A stretch of DNA of 64,000 bases from Peribolospora baueri. Lineage: Eukaryota. Within the stretch, counting starts at the first letter, position 1. Every line of letters starts with the position of its first letter. Shown here one piece after another: positions 1-13,800 of the stretch. The notes under the pieces were generated by a model that was not told the DNA's origin, made no database searches, and saw only the letters and a list, made by a program, of their open reading frames with translations. Where the stretch lies: contig JAMDHS010000013.1 of assembly GCA_029717555.1 (NCBI GenBank), positions 1-64,000 of the forward strand. The letters run 5' to 3'. The position numbers were made by a program, and so were the translations under genes.

Positions 1-289
1 TTTTTCTCTTTCTTCGACGACAAGACTGGGCAGGCGTGAGGGAGGGACGGAGGGGAAGCGTGCGAGGGTACACACGATACAACAATACGTAAGACCTGCG
101 CTTCGTCCAGGCGCGGCTGACGGGTCGTCGTACAATATAGCCCAGCGCGGCGCAGCAGAGTAAACATTCGAGAACTTGCTTAGAAACTTGGAAAAGTCTC
201 CGTTCGAACGGTCGGTTTCAATTCATTCATCCGAATCCGAATAGTCGGAAGGGGGCTTTAAATTTCTTTACACATACATCGCCGCTGCC

Positions 290-323
290 TCGAATCGAAT
301 CGAATTGAATCAAATCGAATCGA
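290..323. repeat. Imperfect (CGAAT)n pentanucleotide microsatellite
   Basis: tcgaatcgaatcgaattgaatcaaatcgaatcgaa read directly. Confidence 0.8.
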
Positions 324-522
324 AGTAAATTGCATCGGACCGCGTTCCAAGCAGTGCGAGAGGTGAGAGGGAAAAAAAGAAAAAGCCGAACGGCGTACGG
401 ATGATGGGAACCGGAACAGGTTTATCGAAAGCAGGGCCGGGAGCCTGGCTAGCTGGGTCTGTGCTCGAGGAAGAAGAGAAGTGACGAGTTGGGAACCCGT
501 CGGCTGATGATGGGGTTTTTCC

Positions 523-2878
523 TTAATGGTTCGGGACGGGCTTGATCTTGGAGCTATCGGGGACGCCGGGGAGGGGGAAGGAGGTGGCGAAGGCCTGCGT
601 GCGGGAAGAAGGAAAGAAGGAAGGAAGGAAAAAAGGGATGAGCGAAATGTGCCACACCCGTTCCCCCGCAAGGGGGGGCGAGAAAAGAAAGAGAGGGAAG
701 AAAGAGAGAAAACACCCACCACAACGTCATCGCTCAACTTCTTCACCTCATCGCTGCTCTGTGCAACCCTAACAAAGTCCTTGAGCAGCTTGCTGCCAGC
801 CTCCTTCTGGATCTGCAAGCTGAGCTGGACGGCGCGGTGGAGGAAGTCGGCGACCTTGCGCATGTCGTCTTCCTTGAACGAGCGGCTCGTCAGTGCGGCC
901 GTGCCGAGGCGGACGCCGCCGGGTACCTGGGCCGAGGTGTCGTTGACGACGGCGTTCTTGTTGAGTGTGATGTGGGCCATGTCGCAGATCTTTTCGACCT
1001 TGCTGCCCGTCAGGCCGAGCGGGCGGAGGTCCCAGAGGACGAGGTGGTTGTCCGAGCCCTCGGTCTGGAGCTTGTACGAGTGCTTGCCGAGCTCGTCGGC
1101 GAGGGCGCGAGAGTTGGCGATGACCTGGCTGGCGTACGTCTTGAACTCGGGCGTCGCGACTTGCTTGAGCGCTACGGCGACGCCGGCGATGGTCTTGCGG
1201 GGGTGGAGATGGCGTCAAAGGGAAGAAAATAGCAAGTCAAAAGGGCTATCCCGCTTGTCGCTGCACGCATACTTGCTTGCGCAAGTATGGCCAACCGAGC
1301 CCATCGGCTCGCCCCACTCACGTTGTTGTGGGGACCACCCTGGCAAGCGGGGAAGACGGCCTGGTTGACGCGGGACTCGATGTCGGCCTCCCTGTCCTTG
1401 CGGAAGAAGATGAGACCGGCGCGAGGGCCGCGGAGAGTCTTGTGGCTGGCGAATGGGCAACAACACGAACGTGATCAGCCGTCCGTCGGTCGGCCCAAGG
1501 CGCATTCTTTTTTTCATAGCCAGTCAGTCAGTCCGAGTTGGACTGGCGAAATCTCAACTGACTGGCTATATATACTCACGTGGTGGTGGTGACAACGTCA
1601 CAGTGTGCGAACGGGTTGTTCTGCACCTTGGCAGCGACGAGGCCGGAGATGTGAGCCATGTCGCACATGAGGTACGCTCCCTGGTCCTTGGCGATCTTCT
1701 CGAGCCTCTCGTAGGGCCAGTCGCGCGGGTAGGCGGAGCCACCGCAGATGATGAGGCGGGGCTTGAAGAGCTTTGCGTTCTTCTCCAGCGTGTCGACGTC
1801 GAGGAGGCCGGTCTTGGAGTCGACCTGGTAGGGGAAGGACTGGAAGTAGATGGACGAGGCGGAGATCTTCTTCTTGGCGGTGTAGTAGCCGTGGGTCAGG
1901 TGACCGCCTGAGTGTGGCCCGGAGACGAGGGAGGGTCAGCCAGGCTGGGGTCATCGGAGTGGAGGGGATGGCCTGCTCACCGTCAGGAAGACCGAGGCCC
2001 ATGATCCTGTCCTGAGGCTGGATGAGGGCGGTGAAGGTGGCAAAGTTGGCCGTCGAGCCGGAGTAGGGCTGGACGTTGACGCCCCAGACCTGTGAGGAGG
2101 GTACGAGCGCGTCGCGTCGTCAGTGAAGGGGTCCTTGGAGAAGGGTGGGATGGAGAGAGAGAGGAGGAAGACGCTCACGGCGGGGTCGAGATCAAAGGCC
2201 TCGAGGGCGCGCTTCTGAGTGAGCCTCTCGAGCTCGTCGATGTACTCGTTGCCTCCATAGTAGCGGTTGCCGGGGAGGCCCTCGCTGGTGAGGTGGGAGG
2301 AGAGCGGAGGCGAGGTGAGCGCGAGGGGGAGACGAAGAAGAGCTGACGGATGCCCACCTGTACTTGTTGGTGAGGATGGAGCCATTGGCCTCCATGACGC
2401 CGAGGGAGGTCAAGTTCTACGGGACGAGAGGGAGAGACCGGCCTACGTGAGCACACCGTCCGTCCTCCCCTTTCCTTGCATCCCTACACGCCGACGATCG
2501 ACGACATGGCTCACCTCAGAGGCGATGAGCTCGAGGCCGGAGAACTGTCGCCAGGTCTCCTTCTCGATGATGGCCTGCACCTCGGGGTCGGCGTCAGCGA
2601 GGGGCGCATAGAGGACCTTGTTCTGCGGGGGGGAAGAGAGGAGGGAGGATGAGCGATGAGATGAGCGTGGGTGGGACGACTGGGACGAGCGCGCTCACAA
2701 AGTCGTTCGGGATGGGGACGGCGGAGGACATGGTGCGTTTAGGGAGGGGGGCGGGGGTGGGGGTGAGAGGGCGGCGAGAGGGCGAGGAGGGAAGGAGGGA
2801 TGGAAGAAGGAGGGAAGAGGGAGCAGCGAAGATACGGATACGGGGGAGGAGGAAGGATGGGTTGCGGAGAGCGGACAT
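523..2878 (-). CDS. SHM2: Serine hydroxymethyltransferase (multi-exon); in-frame starts at 2878 (with presequence) and 2731
   Basis: Spliced translation gives SHMT motifs [35 protein letters not shown] and HITLNKNAV...[14 protein letters not shown]. Last exon 594-523 reads [27 protein letters not shown] introns. Confidence 0.95.
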
Positions 2879-3375
2879 GAGAGAAAGAGAGAAAGAGAAG
2901 AAGACAGACGAAGGAGAGACGAACGAACGAACGATTCCGATCAGATCGAAAGAAACTCGGATCGATTATATTTTTTTTTTCTGTCTGCCAACGGCTTCTT
3001 CTTTTCAGGCCACTCCGCTCGCACAGCCAGGGTGGTTAACTTGCGAGCGCACATGTTCACATCCAGCGAGGCTAACAGAAAAGAACCGCCGTCGGTGCTT
3101 CTACACGCTTATCCTATCCTCATCCTCATCCTTTTCTTTCTTCTTCCCTCCGAACCCACCGCTTGTTTGTCCCCGTCTCCCTCACGCACAAAGACATAAG
3201 ACAACGCACAACCGGCCAACGGCCACCAGCACATGCCGCAGTCGCCTGCTTCCCACGGCCACGCGAGTAGCCACCGACGCCAAGCCAAGCCAAGGCCACC
3301 TCGACGTCGCCGTCGATCACGCCACGCCGTCGCAGGTCTCCTCCATCCACACCGTAGAGCAAGAGCAACAGCAAG

Positions 3376-4493
3376 ATGCCGAAAGCAGAGGCCGGAACGC
3401 CCAAGGCCATCTCCAATGCCATGAAGGCAAAGGGTCAGTCCCCTGCCCTCCTCTCTAGCCCGTCGCAGCCACCGGCCACAGTCACGGGCTAACGCTGACC
3501 GCTCGTCCTCTTACTCCTCTAGGCCTCACAAAGCTTCGATGGTACTGTCAGGTCTGCCAGAAGGCATGCAGAGACGAGAACGGGTTCAAGTGCCACATCC
3601 AGTCCGAGTCCCACCTCCGTCAGATGCTCCTCGTTGGCGAGAATGCGGCCACCCACATCGACAGCTTCAGTCAGCAGTTCCAATCCGATTTTGTCGCTTT
3701 GCTCAGTAGGAGATTCGGCACAAAGCGCATCAAAGCCAACCAGGTATACCAGGAGTATATCCAAGATCGCCACCATCTGCACATGAACGCCACCAGGTGG
3801 CTCACGCTCACCGAGTTTGTCAAGGACCTCGGACGACAGGGCGTCTGCCACGTCGACGAAACAGAGAAAGGTTGGTTCATCTCTTGGGTCGATAACAGCC
3901 CACAAGCGCTGGCCAGGCAGGAGGCCATCCAGAAGATGCAGAGGCAGAACATCGACGACGAGCAGAGGCAGCGCAAGCTCCTCGCCGAGCAGATGGAGCG
4001 CGCTCGCGAAGCCGCCGCCGCCGGAGCTGGAGCTGGAGAGGGTAGGAGCACGACGCCACCCGCGCCTGCGACGTTGGAGAGGAAGGAGGGAGAAAAGGTC
4101 AAGTTGAGCTTTTCATTAGGCGCCAAGAAGGAGGGTGACAGCGGCGGGTCAGGTTCCCCGGGCGCACCGGTGGCGGTAACGGAGAGCGAGAAGAAAATCA
4201 CCAAAGGAGCAGACGGCGGGGCAGCGACGGCGAGTGAATCGACGGCACCGACATCCGCGCCGCGCCCGAACATCTTCAAAACCGCCCTGGCTGCCAAGTC
4301 TTCCTCCTCTTCCCCGCAGCCTCCTGGCTCTACGTCTACGTCTAAAAAAGTCGACCGGCCACTGACAGCCATGGAGCAAATCGTACTCGAGGAGAGGGAG
4401 AAGAAGAGGAGGTTTGCGGCGGGTAGCGGCACTGGGAGCAGAAGCAGTGCGGGAATGAGGGAGGGGGCGCATGCGAAGCGGGTTCGGTTGTGA
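3376..4493 (+). CDS. RTS2: KIN17/Rts2 C2H2 zinc-finger, winged-helix nuclear protein; intron 3434-3522
   Basis: MPKAEAGTPKAISNAMKAKG|LTKLRWYCQVCQKACRDENGFKCHIQSESHLRQM...HLHMNATRWLTLTEFVKDLGRQG is the KIN17 signature. Confidence 0.93.
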
Positions 4494-4758
4494 TGGTGTG
4501 CATGTCTCTGACTGCCTCTGTACTTGTACGAGGACGCGAGTGGGTGAGCGGCCAGTCCAGGCCTCCCGCTTTATGTACGATAGGTGGGCTTTACACTTTT
4601 CTGGAGGGCCGATTCGTAGAAGCCTACGCATGCAAGTTCTCTTTGCGCGATCCCTTTCTTTTCTCTTAGGCAATCTCCCGGAAGCCAGCCGCGAAGGGCG
4701 TAGGCAGTCCGTCCTCTCGAGTCACCCGCTTGTCGTTCTCGTACCGAGCTCCGAAAGG

Positions 4759-4783
4759 ACACGACACGACACGACACGACACG
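4759..4783. repeat. (ACACG)n microsatellite between the convergent KIN17 and LSG1 3' ends
   Basis: About five tandem ACACG units read directly. Confidence 0.8.
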
Positions 4784-4851
4784 ACGGAAGGAGGGAGCCA
4801 AAGCGAGAGGAAAGAAGGCGCGCCATCGTCGCCATCGCAGCCATCCATCCA

Positions 4852-6413
4852 TCAATCGTACCCCTTCCCGCTCCGCTGCTTCGACCGCTTATTCCCCTTG
4901 AAGTGCTTCTTGCTCCCCATCCCCTCCCCGTCCCCGCCCGCGCTGGCGTCGATCGGCCTCCCATCGTTGCCGATCCTCTGCTGGTGCGGGTACATCGTCA
5001 CGCGCGAGAAGCCCACCCCCGTCCCGGCGGTCGGGGCGGCGGCCTTTCCCTTGACAAAAGGTCTGCTCGCCACCCCCGCCGAGGACGGGTCGGCAAAGAA
5101 GGTTCGGTCGAGGGCGAGGCCCTTTTGTCCCTGTGCGGGGGCGGGCGCGCTCTCGAATGCTGTTCGCTTTGCTTCCTTCCTTTGCTCCTCCTCCAGATAC
5201 GACTGGAAAGCTAGCGTCGTGTCACCGTCACCGCCCGCAGCAGAGGCGGAGACCGACGCCGACGCCGACGCCGAGGGGCGCACCCCGACCTTTCGATCCG
5301 CGAGGGCAGCCTTGACAATCGATCGCGTCTCGGCGTTAAACTCGTCGGCGTCGACGCCGGGCGGAGGGTGGCAGAAAAGGAGCTTGGCGTTGATGTAGTC
5401 TTTCAGAACGTATCGCGCCGCACGCGACTCGTCTGGATTGCCTTGGCCTTGACGCGTGAACCCTCTGGCGACTGCCGGGGCGGGCCGAAAGGGCGGTGGG
5501 GGGAAGGAGAAATGGGAAATAGTCGGACGTGTTCAGCTCTCGTCCGTCAAGCCGACGACGGCCCGGACTCACCGGCGTAGCTACTCAGCAACTCGTCCCC
5601 GGTCGGCACGCCTGTTCCGCCCTCTTCTTCCGGCAACGTCGTGATCCGCAGTCCGTACGTCGCCTCGAGCACCTCCTTCGGTATCCTCTCCGCCACAAGC
5701 GTCGCTGGGCCCGTATATTCCCTCATCTGGTCGATCGGCAACACCCCGTCGCACACCAAGTCCGCCTTGGTCGTCGCAAACTGGGGAAAGACGAGCCCAG
5801 GACAGTCGCAAAGAACGACAGAAGGCGAAAGGTGGATGGTCTGGAAGTGTTTCGTCTTGCCCGGCGTCGACGAGACAGACACCTTTTTGGCCCCCAGCAG
5901 CGCGTTGATCGTGCTAGACTTGCCCACGTTCGGGTATCCCACCAGCCCGACCACGAGTTTCTCTGGTACGTTTCCGTTCACTTCAAAGTCTGGATGGATG
6001 CAACGCAAACGGAGTGAGACCGACGTCCGACAACCGACAGCACCCCGTCCCGCTTACCTGACAAGTCCGGCGCCTGCTCCATGAAAAGCTCTTCCAATTC
6101 ATTGACGGAAAGGACCCTCGTCGGATCGTCTTCCTTCGACGACTTTTCATCCGCATTGGCAGGCCGCGCCTCCTTCGTCGTCGGAATCTCGTCCTGTTCG
6201 TCGGCCTCCGACTCGTCCTCGTCCTCGTCCTCCTCCGCTGCCTCCACGCCCGAAGCCTCTTCTTCTCCTCCAGCTGCTTGCAAAGCGGCTGCGTTCGCTG
6301 CGGAGAAGAACGCATACCGGATGCCGTTTTCTGCGAAATAGGCCGCCCATTGTTTTCTAACGAAAGCGCGACAGGCCGGAAGCGGGAGGACATTAGCAAA
6401 CGCACATGACCGG

Positions 6414-6454
<41 letters not shown>

Positions 6455-7557
6455 TCACCGCTGTGACTCGGTCAACAGATCAGCCTTGTTGACCAGCAAC
6501 AAATTCCTCCGTTTTCCCTTCACCTGCCCCTGGGGAGCTTCATCGCCAGCACCCAACGCTGACCCGACGCCCAACGTGTCTACGTACGCCTCCAAGTCCT
6601 CGCACCGGAAACGGAGAGGGTTCCGTGCATCGATGATCTGCACGACGAGATGAGAGCGCTCGACGACGCGCCACAGCTGTCGCCAAACTTCGATATTGCG
6701 CTCGAACGGGGTTAGCACTAGACCCTCTGCCTCTTGCAGTCTGCAGCAAAGTACGAGCCGACCGTGCCATGCGCATCATCAGCATATGGGACGGCAACAA
6801 AAGAACCCGGGCGACGAAACCAGGTTGGAGGGACGAGACTCACTCTGCCAATCCTCTTCGCCACTCGAGAAACGCGTCCTTCTCCTTCCTCTCGAGCTGT
6901 GCCCTCGTCGTATCCGTCGTCCAAGCCGGTCGACGCGGCACCCGCAACCTCCTCTTGTTCGCCCGCTGTTTCTCCAACGACTCTTTCTCCTCCTGTCCCG
7001 TGAGCAAGTAAGGGTTATTCCGCCCTCGTCCCACAGAAGGGGCTTGGACGACGGTCACGTTCCTGCGCTCTTTAAGTCAGAGAAAGGTGGGAACAGAGAG
7101 CACACGAACGGGCCATAGCTTAGCATTACGCACGGCCCCGAAGAGCGACAGTAGTGAGGAGACGATGAGAAGCGCACCGGCCGTGAATTCTGTTCCTGCC
7201 AACTGTGCCGTGCTCAAGAACTCGTCCAGGTCGCCTTGCTGAGTCACAGACTGAAGCTTGGTCCAGCTGGGACCGTCATTCAAATCGGTCGTATGCTGTC
7301 ATACAAGACACGGCGTCGGAAGCGATCAGAAACGACGCCGTCGACCTGAACTCGACGTCCAACTCGAAGCAAGCAAACCACGCCACGTACCAGTCCGGAC
7401 TGGTATCGCTGCTGGGCGTCCTTGTATTGCCGATTGATGATCGACCGGCCAAGGCCGACCTGGTTCTTCGACTTTGGAAGTGGCTGCGAAAGGGGGACGG
7501 CCACATAATCAGGACATCATAGATGCGCTCCGCCTTCTTGGCGACAGTGCTCACCAT
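4852..7557 (-). CDS. LSG1: Large subunit GTPase 1 (circularly permuted GTPase), multi-exon; first coding exon is the ATG only (intron 7554-7484)
   Basis: LTPFERNIEVWRQLWRVVERSHLVVQIIDARNPL, NKADLL (G4), VGLVGYPNVGKSSTINAL (G1), STPGKTKHFQT (G2), DCPGLVFP (G3). The N-terminus splices to MPLPKSKNQVGLGRSIIN. Confidence 0.95.
6414..6453. repeat. (GAC)~13 microsatellite inside an LSG1 intron, next to the 5' splice site
   Basis: Perfect gac run read directly. Confidence 0.9.
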
Positions 7558-7819
7558 GTCTCTCTTTCCACCGCTTCGTTCGACTGCCAGTGGAGGTGAT
7601 CTGAAATGTGATGATGAGAATTTCAGGTCTGATCTTGCCGGCTTGCTGCGGCAACCACGGCAACCTTCGGATCCAGTTGCGGGGGCGTCTGACTCTTGAC
7701 ATCATCAACCCCCCGTTCACCATCCACACGACCTCCGCTCTTCCATCCCCCCTTTCCACCTGCGTAGCGCCCCCTCCACCGTCAGCTCTTCCACCTCCCA
7801 GGGCTCGTCTCCGCCCGCC

Positions 7820-10800
7820 ATGGACCCCCGGCATAACGGCGGCGCAGATGGCAGTAGAGGAGCAAGCGCCGGTAGGAAGCCACTTCGCAGTCACAGGACC
7901 AACCTTGCCCAGCAGATCCTCGACACCCTCCGACCGCGCGCTTCCACCACGTCTGTACCCTCTCTCTCATCCTCCGCCACCGCCTCCTCTCCCTCTTCCT
8001 CCTCTCCGACTCCTCCTTCCAGGCGAGCTATCTTCGGCTCCCGCTTCACATCCTCCCGCCTCGCCGGCATCGCTCCACACACCTCTGCTCTCGCCCCTGC
8101 GGTCGTCACCGAAGGCGGCCAGGGGCGCCTGGAGGACGCGTCCACGCAACCCTTGGCCGAAATCACTGCCGTCCCTAAGCTCAGGAGCCCAGCGGCTGTC
8201 CGAGATGTTCTGAGCCGACTCCGAAAGCCGATGCCACTCGCTCAACCCATGCGAGACACCGTCGTCACCCACCGGTGTGGTCTCGTGCGTAGCCTCGTGG
8301 TCGCACTTAGGGAAGGAGACGTGAACTTTTTCGACATCGACCCGAGCGTCTCAACAGGGACGGGCGTTGGCTTAGGCATCGGTCTCTCCGCCGAAAGTGC
8401 CTCGTCGGGCAGGCAAGGACAAGCACTTGGACTCGGGCTTTTCGCGAGTCCGGTTTCCTCGTTGACCTCTTCCTTGGACGCTCATCTCTTAGGTTCAGAG
8501 GGTCATCCCTCCAGCTCCACCGCCTTCCCTGCCTCGGCTCCATCCACCACATCAGGCACCACAACACCGGCGACAGGTGGCACGAGCGCCAAACCGACGC
8601 TGGCGGACATTTTCCAGATCTGCATTTTCCTCCTCTCCATTGATCAGCCGCTCGTGCTTCGCACAGAAGCATGTGACCTCCTTGCAGCATGTCTGGATGT
8701 CCTTCATAGCCGCGTCGCCGCTGGTCGCACTTCCACCTCCGCCTCCGATCCGTCTGCTTCCTCCCCTGCTGCAGGCGCGGTGGGGGCAGAGATAGGAGCG
8801 GCGGGGATACAGAGTGAAGCGGAGGATTTGGTAGACCTCAGGGCCGGAGGGATGGGCATCGGAGGCGGCGAGAAGGGTATCGGGGCCATCGACAAGGCGC
8901 TCTTCTATCGTCTCGTATGCGATCTCAGGCAGTTGGATCCCTTCGCTTCTACGCCTGCGCAAATGGCCGGGGCCCCTAGTACACCGAGAGGAGATGATGA
9001 GCTGGCGGAGGAAGGGGAAGGGGAAGGGTCGAAATCTAAGGGAAGAGATGACGGTGGAGGAAGGGAACGACCCAGGGACCAGGCCGCCGAGTGGGACGAT
9101 CGAGCGTTGGTCACGCCCGCCCTGGCGTTCCTCCTGCCTCCGCGTCTGCGCGCCCTGAGCAGTTTGAGCAGAAACGGTCGCGATATCGTGGCGCTGAGGG
9201 GGATCGTGCCTCTTCTTGTGGACTGGCTCGGCTGGACGTGGGAGGATGTCAGGGAGGCGAGAAGGCTGATTCGTATCAGGAAAAAGAGAGAAGCCATGGA
9301 AAAGGCCGCACGCCCGACGAGCGGAGAGGCTTCGAGAGGAAGGACCAACGATTCTTCGTCGAGGCGCCCTGCCACAAACAACACAACCTCGGGTCTCGGC
9401 TCTATCTCTGTCCCCGTTTCTCGGAAACCTTCATCATCGCCTTCGCCCGGTCCTCATAGCACGGCGCGCCCTCAACAGCAGCAGCCTCCCTCGTCGAGAG
9501 CGTCGCACCAACGTCATGGATTTCAGATCTCCGCTTCTTCGCTGGAGGACATGCTAGCAGGCTCAAGCTCCTCCCAAGTCGTATCGTCTCCCGCAACGGC
9601 TTCCTCAACTCAGCCTTCCCACGCCACATTCGTGTCGGCGTCCGGAGGATCAACCTCTATCCCTTCTACCTCATCCCCGACCGTTGCTTCGCCTTCCCCA
9701 TCAGCCGTTGGAGCATTTCCGCAGAGAGGATCTGCGGCATCGCTGACGAGCGCTCCGTCGACGGCCAAATTCATCGCCGGAGGAGGGGACGACTCTATCC
9801 CCACCTTCACGCTCGGGAACTACGCCGAGGGTCACCCAGACGCTTCTCCCTCTACCGCCTCCGCCGCTTACGGTCACTATTACTTCTTACCTCCCGGAGA
9901 GTCCGCTTCTGGTGCCACTGGAAGCGGGGGGGCTGGGAAGGGGCTGGGGCTGCAGACGCCCGAGGAACGCACCATGCACTCCATCTTTTCTCTTCTCACC
10001 TCCATCCTCAAATTTTCTTTCGCCCGCATTGAGCCTGCGGAGATCGAGGTCGCTCTAGAGTGGCTGGCTGATGCTGTGCTTTTGAGGGTGTCTGGGGAGG
10101 GAATCGGGGAGGAGGGTGAGGAAGGGTGGGAGACGGGCGAGGGCGGGGATGGGGAGGGTTGGGCTGGGGCCGAATCGGCCGTTCGGGCCGGGGGAGAACA
10201 GGGCGGAGAAGAAGGAGCAAATGTCGTGGGCGAGGCAGGTGAAGATGAACTAGGAAGGAGGCGCTCCTCGGCTAGGAACTCCTTGGACGCCCCAAGTGGA
10301 AAGGCTAAGAGGGACGCGGAGAGGGAGAAGGAGAGGTGGAAGAGGAAGAATCGGAAGAAGGAGAAGGAGATACTCACTGATGGGTATGACTGTGAGTCGC
10401 TGGACTTTCACGTATTTGCTCTATGCTCCTTGACTTCCGATCTGACACTCAATTCGTTGCAGATTACGGTATCGAGGACTTCCTAGGCCACAAGCGCGCG
10501 GATGGCTCGTCCTTGTCGCCTTCGCCAGAAGATACGCCTCGTCCTTCCGGTTACACGACTCCTCAGATGGCCCCGCCGGCGGCCTCGTCCAAGACGGCAC
10601 CCGTATCTTCCTCGAACGAATCGCCGTCACAGGCAGCCTTGCCTGATCGCCGCTCTAACATTCCTCGGTTGGTGCGCGGAGCCGAGCTCTATGACAGCGA
10701 CGTTCGTGCCATCATGACACTCCTCGACGCCGTCCTGCGCTACGGCTTCGTCCCTCCGACGAGCGTACCCGATGTGGTGGAAGTCCTTTGCCGTGTCATC

Positions 10801-13800
10801 GGCTATCACAAGGCCGCCGCTGCCGATCTCACCTCGGGAATGATGCCGTTGTCCTCCTCTGAGCCCCAAGGTGAAGCTCATCTCGCCGCTCTCGTCGCAC
10901 AAAGTGGGGAGGATGATTGGACATTGTGGGGTTGGTCCCTGATGCGCAACTTGCTCAAGAGTCACGTCGCCAACGCCGTACTGAGAGCCGTGCGCGCCGT
11001 TCTTATCTTGCCGCCACCTACGTCGATGCCTTCTTCTGTCCCTGCGGGCGCTGCTGGACAGGGTGAGGAGTCTCCAGAAGGTGAGAGGACCGAGGATCTG
11101 GCGGTCTTGCTTGGTGCCATCGTCTGTCTTCGTCGGTCCCTCGCGTATGTCGCCGAGAACCAGGCGGTCAAGCAGCGCCTGTCGTCCATTATGGCCACTG
11201 GGGGTGGAGTTCGAGGAGACAAGCCGGTCCCAAGCGGAGGCGTAGGTGGGGCCGCAGCCACGGAGGACGCACTCTCCCCTTCGCTCTCCCTCCCGCTTAT
11301 TCTGCCCGCCCTCCGCGATGCTCTCCGCCGCCAGTCCGACGTCCTTGACTATGAGGTCGTCGGTCTCGTCTCTGACATCCTCCCTTCCGACGTAACGCTC
11401 CCTGGTTCGGGTTCGACCGGACCGAGCGTGAGCACCAAGAGTCTCGCGGCGGACCGACTCAGCCATGACGACTGGAATGCACTTATCGACCTAGCAAGTG
11501 TCGCCAAGAGGCACGTGCAGGGGTGGAACGCGGATGGCAAGACGAGGGCTGCAAGCGACTTTCCGTTTAATCTCGCAGCCGCCAGAGAAGATAGCGGAAG
11601 CGCCGGCGACCTTGGAAGGCAAGGCGTGAAAGGAACGCAGGCCACTATCGAGACACGGCCTACCTCCGTGCGGCAAAATGCGACCGTCTCGCCGGTCGTG
11701 CAGGCGCTCATTGCCGTGCTGTCCAAACTGCGTCTCGATGCACCCGTGCCTTCTTTTGCGAGCGCCGGAGCAGGCTCTACCGAGACTTCCTTGCCTTCGC
11801 CAGCCGGAGAGTTGAAAGGCGAGGTGACGTCTGTCTCATCTGCCAAAGCGTTGCCCTGGACACCCAAGTTGGCCACGCTGTTGCTGTCTCTCGCGCCCAT
11901 GCTACCGGAGAAGATGGTGCTCGACCTCATCCAGTACCACGAGACCCAGCACCTTTGCCTTCCGTGTACACCGCGGTGGATCCAGAACATGCGAGCCCTC
12001 CTCGCCGCATTTTATTATGCTTCTCCCGTAGGCCCGTCCGAGGAGGAGGAAAAGAAGCAGCAGCAGCATCAACGCGGCCGGTCTGATCTTCCGGCCGTGC
12101 CATCGCCAAAGTCGAATCCAGAGGCGAGGCGCAGGCTGGTCGAGCTTATCTTCCTCCACGTCTCCTACGCTGTCCGGGATCTGCCAGCCTATCGCGCTGT
12201 GCTCGTCAGAGAAATTCTGCTGCCCATGGCGGAGAGTTCCTTGGTGAGCGAGACGGACGAGGCGATTGACGGCCGGATGCGCGCAACGCTCGTCGATGCT
12301 GCGGTACTCTCCGGTCTGGAAATGCGCGGGAGCGACGGACAGGTGACGGTGAAGCCTGCTGATGAGATGGGCGAGGAACGGAGCTTCCAGAGGATCAGGA
12401 CGTTGCTTGGACATATGGCTCGGAATTGTGACTGTGGGCCAGCGCCTCCGACGGCCGCGTCGCAAAACTATCCCGGCTCGCCTCCTCACTCACCCCAGAA
12501 CGCACAGCCGCCCGCAGGAGCAAGTTCGACGTCCACTCACGGTTCGTCTCTGCCATCGTCGACGTCGCCTTCCGGGAGTGGTGCCCATCCATCGATGATG
12601 TCTCTTCTCCAGCCCACCACTTCTTCGTCTACTACTAGCGGTAGCACCACTCCTGCACGCGATCGACAAGCCACGGCTCCCTCGACCGCAGGGGCCACCA
12701 GCACCTTCACGGGCTGGGGAACTTTACCCGCTTCTGGCGGGCCCGCTGCGTCTTGGCATGCCATCTCCCAGAGCATCCTACAGAGCACGCATGCCAACCA
12801 CCGCGCGAATTGCAAGGCGCTTGAAGCGGTTCTGGACCTCATCGCCATCTTCAACCGTCTCGCCTTCACTCCGCCTTGGCCGAGCTTCACCAGCGCGGGC
12901 GGCGACTACTCCTCTGACCGAGAGATGTGGAAGGCTAGAGCGAGGCTCAAATGCGCCGCCATCTTCCGTGACTTGCTCAGTCTTTTGAGGCCCGGGCCCA
13001 CCCCTGCTGGTTACGACCCCATGCGTGCTGACATCTCGCCTGCCGAAACGTCTGGACCCTCGTTCGCCTCTAAGCAAAGTACGGGGCCGTCGCCTTCTCC
13101 TCGCGCTCGTCTCGCCATCCTCCAATGGCTTGTCCGGTTCCGCACGGACAACGATCACAAGATATACCTCGTCAAAGAGACCGACTCTCTTATCTCTTCT
13201 TCTGCGAGTTTGTTCTTCCGCAACAAGGACGACGCGGCGGCCAGTGGCCAACAGCAATCGAGCCAGGAGCCAACCTCGACGGCACCGGCAGCACCAGCGA
13301 AAACTTTGCTGACCCCTGGTGGTCGGCCTGAGGTGCCTAGATTGTCGAGACCGATGCAGCGTAGGGCCAGCGTCGGTGGAGCGCGCTGGGGTATGGGCGA
13401 TACAGGGCCGAGTGATTTGGCTGATGCCAGAGGCCGTGGTGGTAGGAGGGATTCACCCTCTCGAGGTTTGGACCGTGGAAGGAGCGCGAGTCGAAGCCGC
13501 CGAACGGCCGTCGTCCAGGAGGCGCTATGGGGCGTGCCGGAGACGTTGCCCTTCGAGCTACCCACGGTTCTGCGTCGAAGCGAGGCTATCTTTTCCTACG
13601 ACCCGCATGAGCGCAGTGATCCCGACCCGCCGTCGCCGATGCCTATCTCGGAGTACGTGGCAAGCATTAATGCCATCATCGCCCACGAGCGCGACTGGGA
13701 GCTGCTCTCCTACCTTCTCTGCCACCTACCCCATCAGCTCGGTAATAAGCACCTCTTCTGCGGACCCAAAGCGCGCCGCGCCATCGGGGACCTGCGCAGC

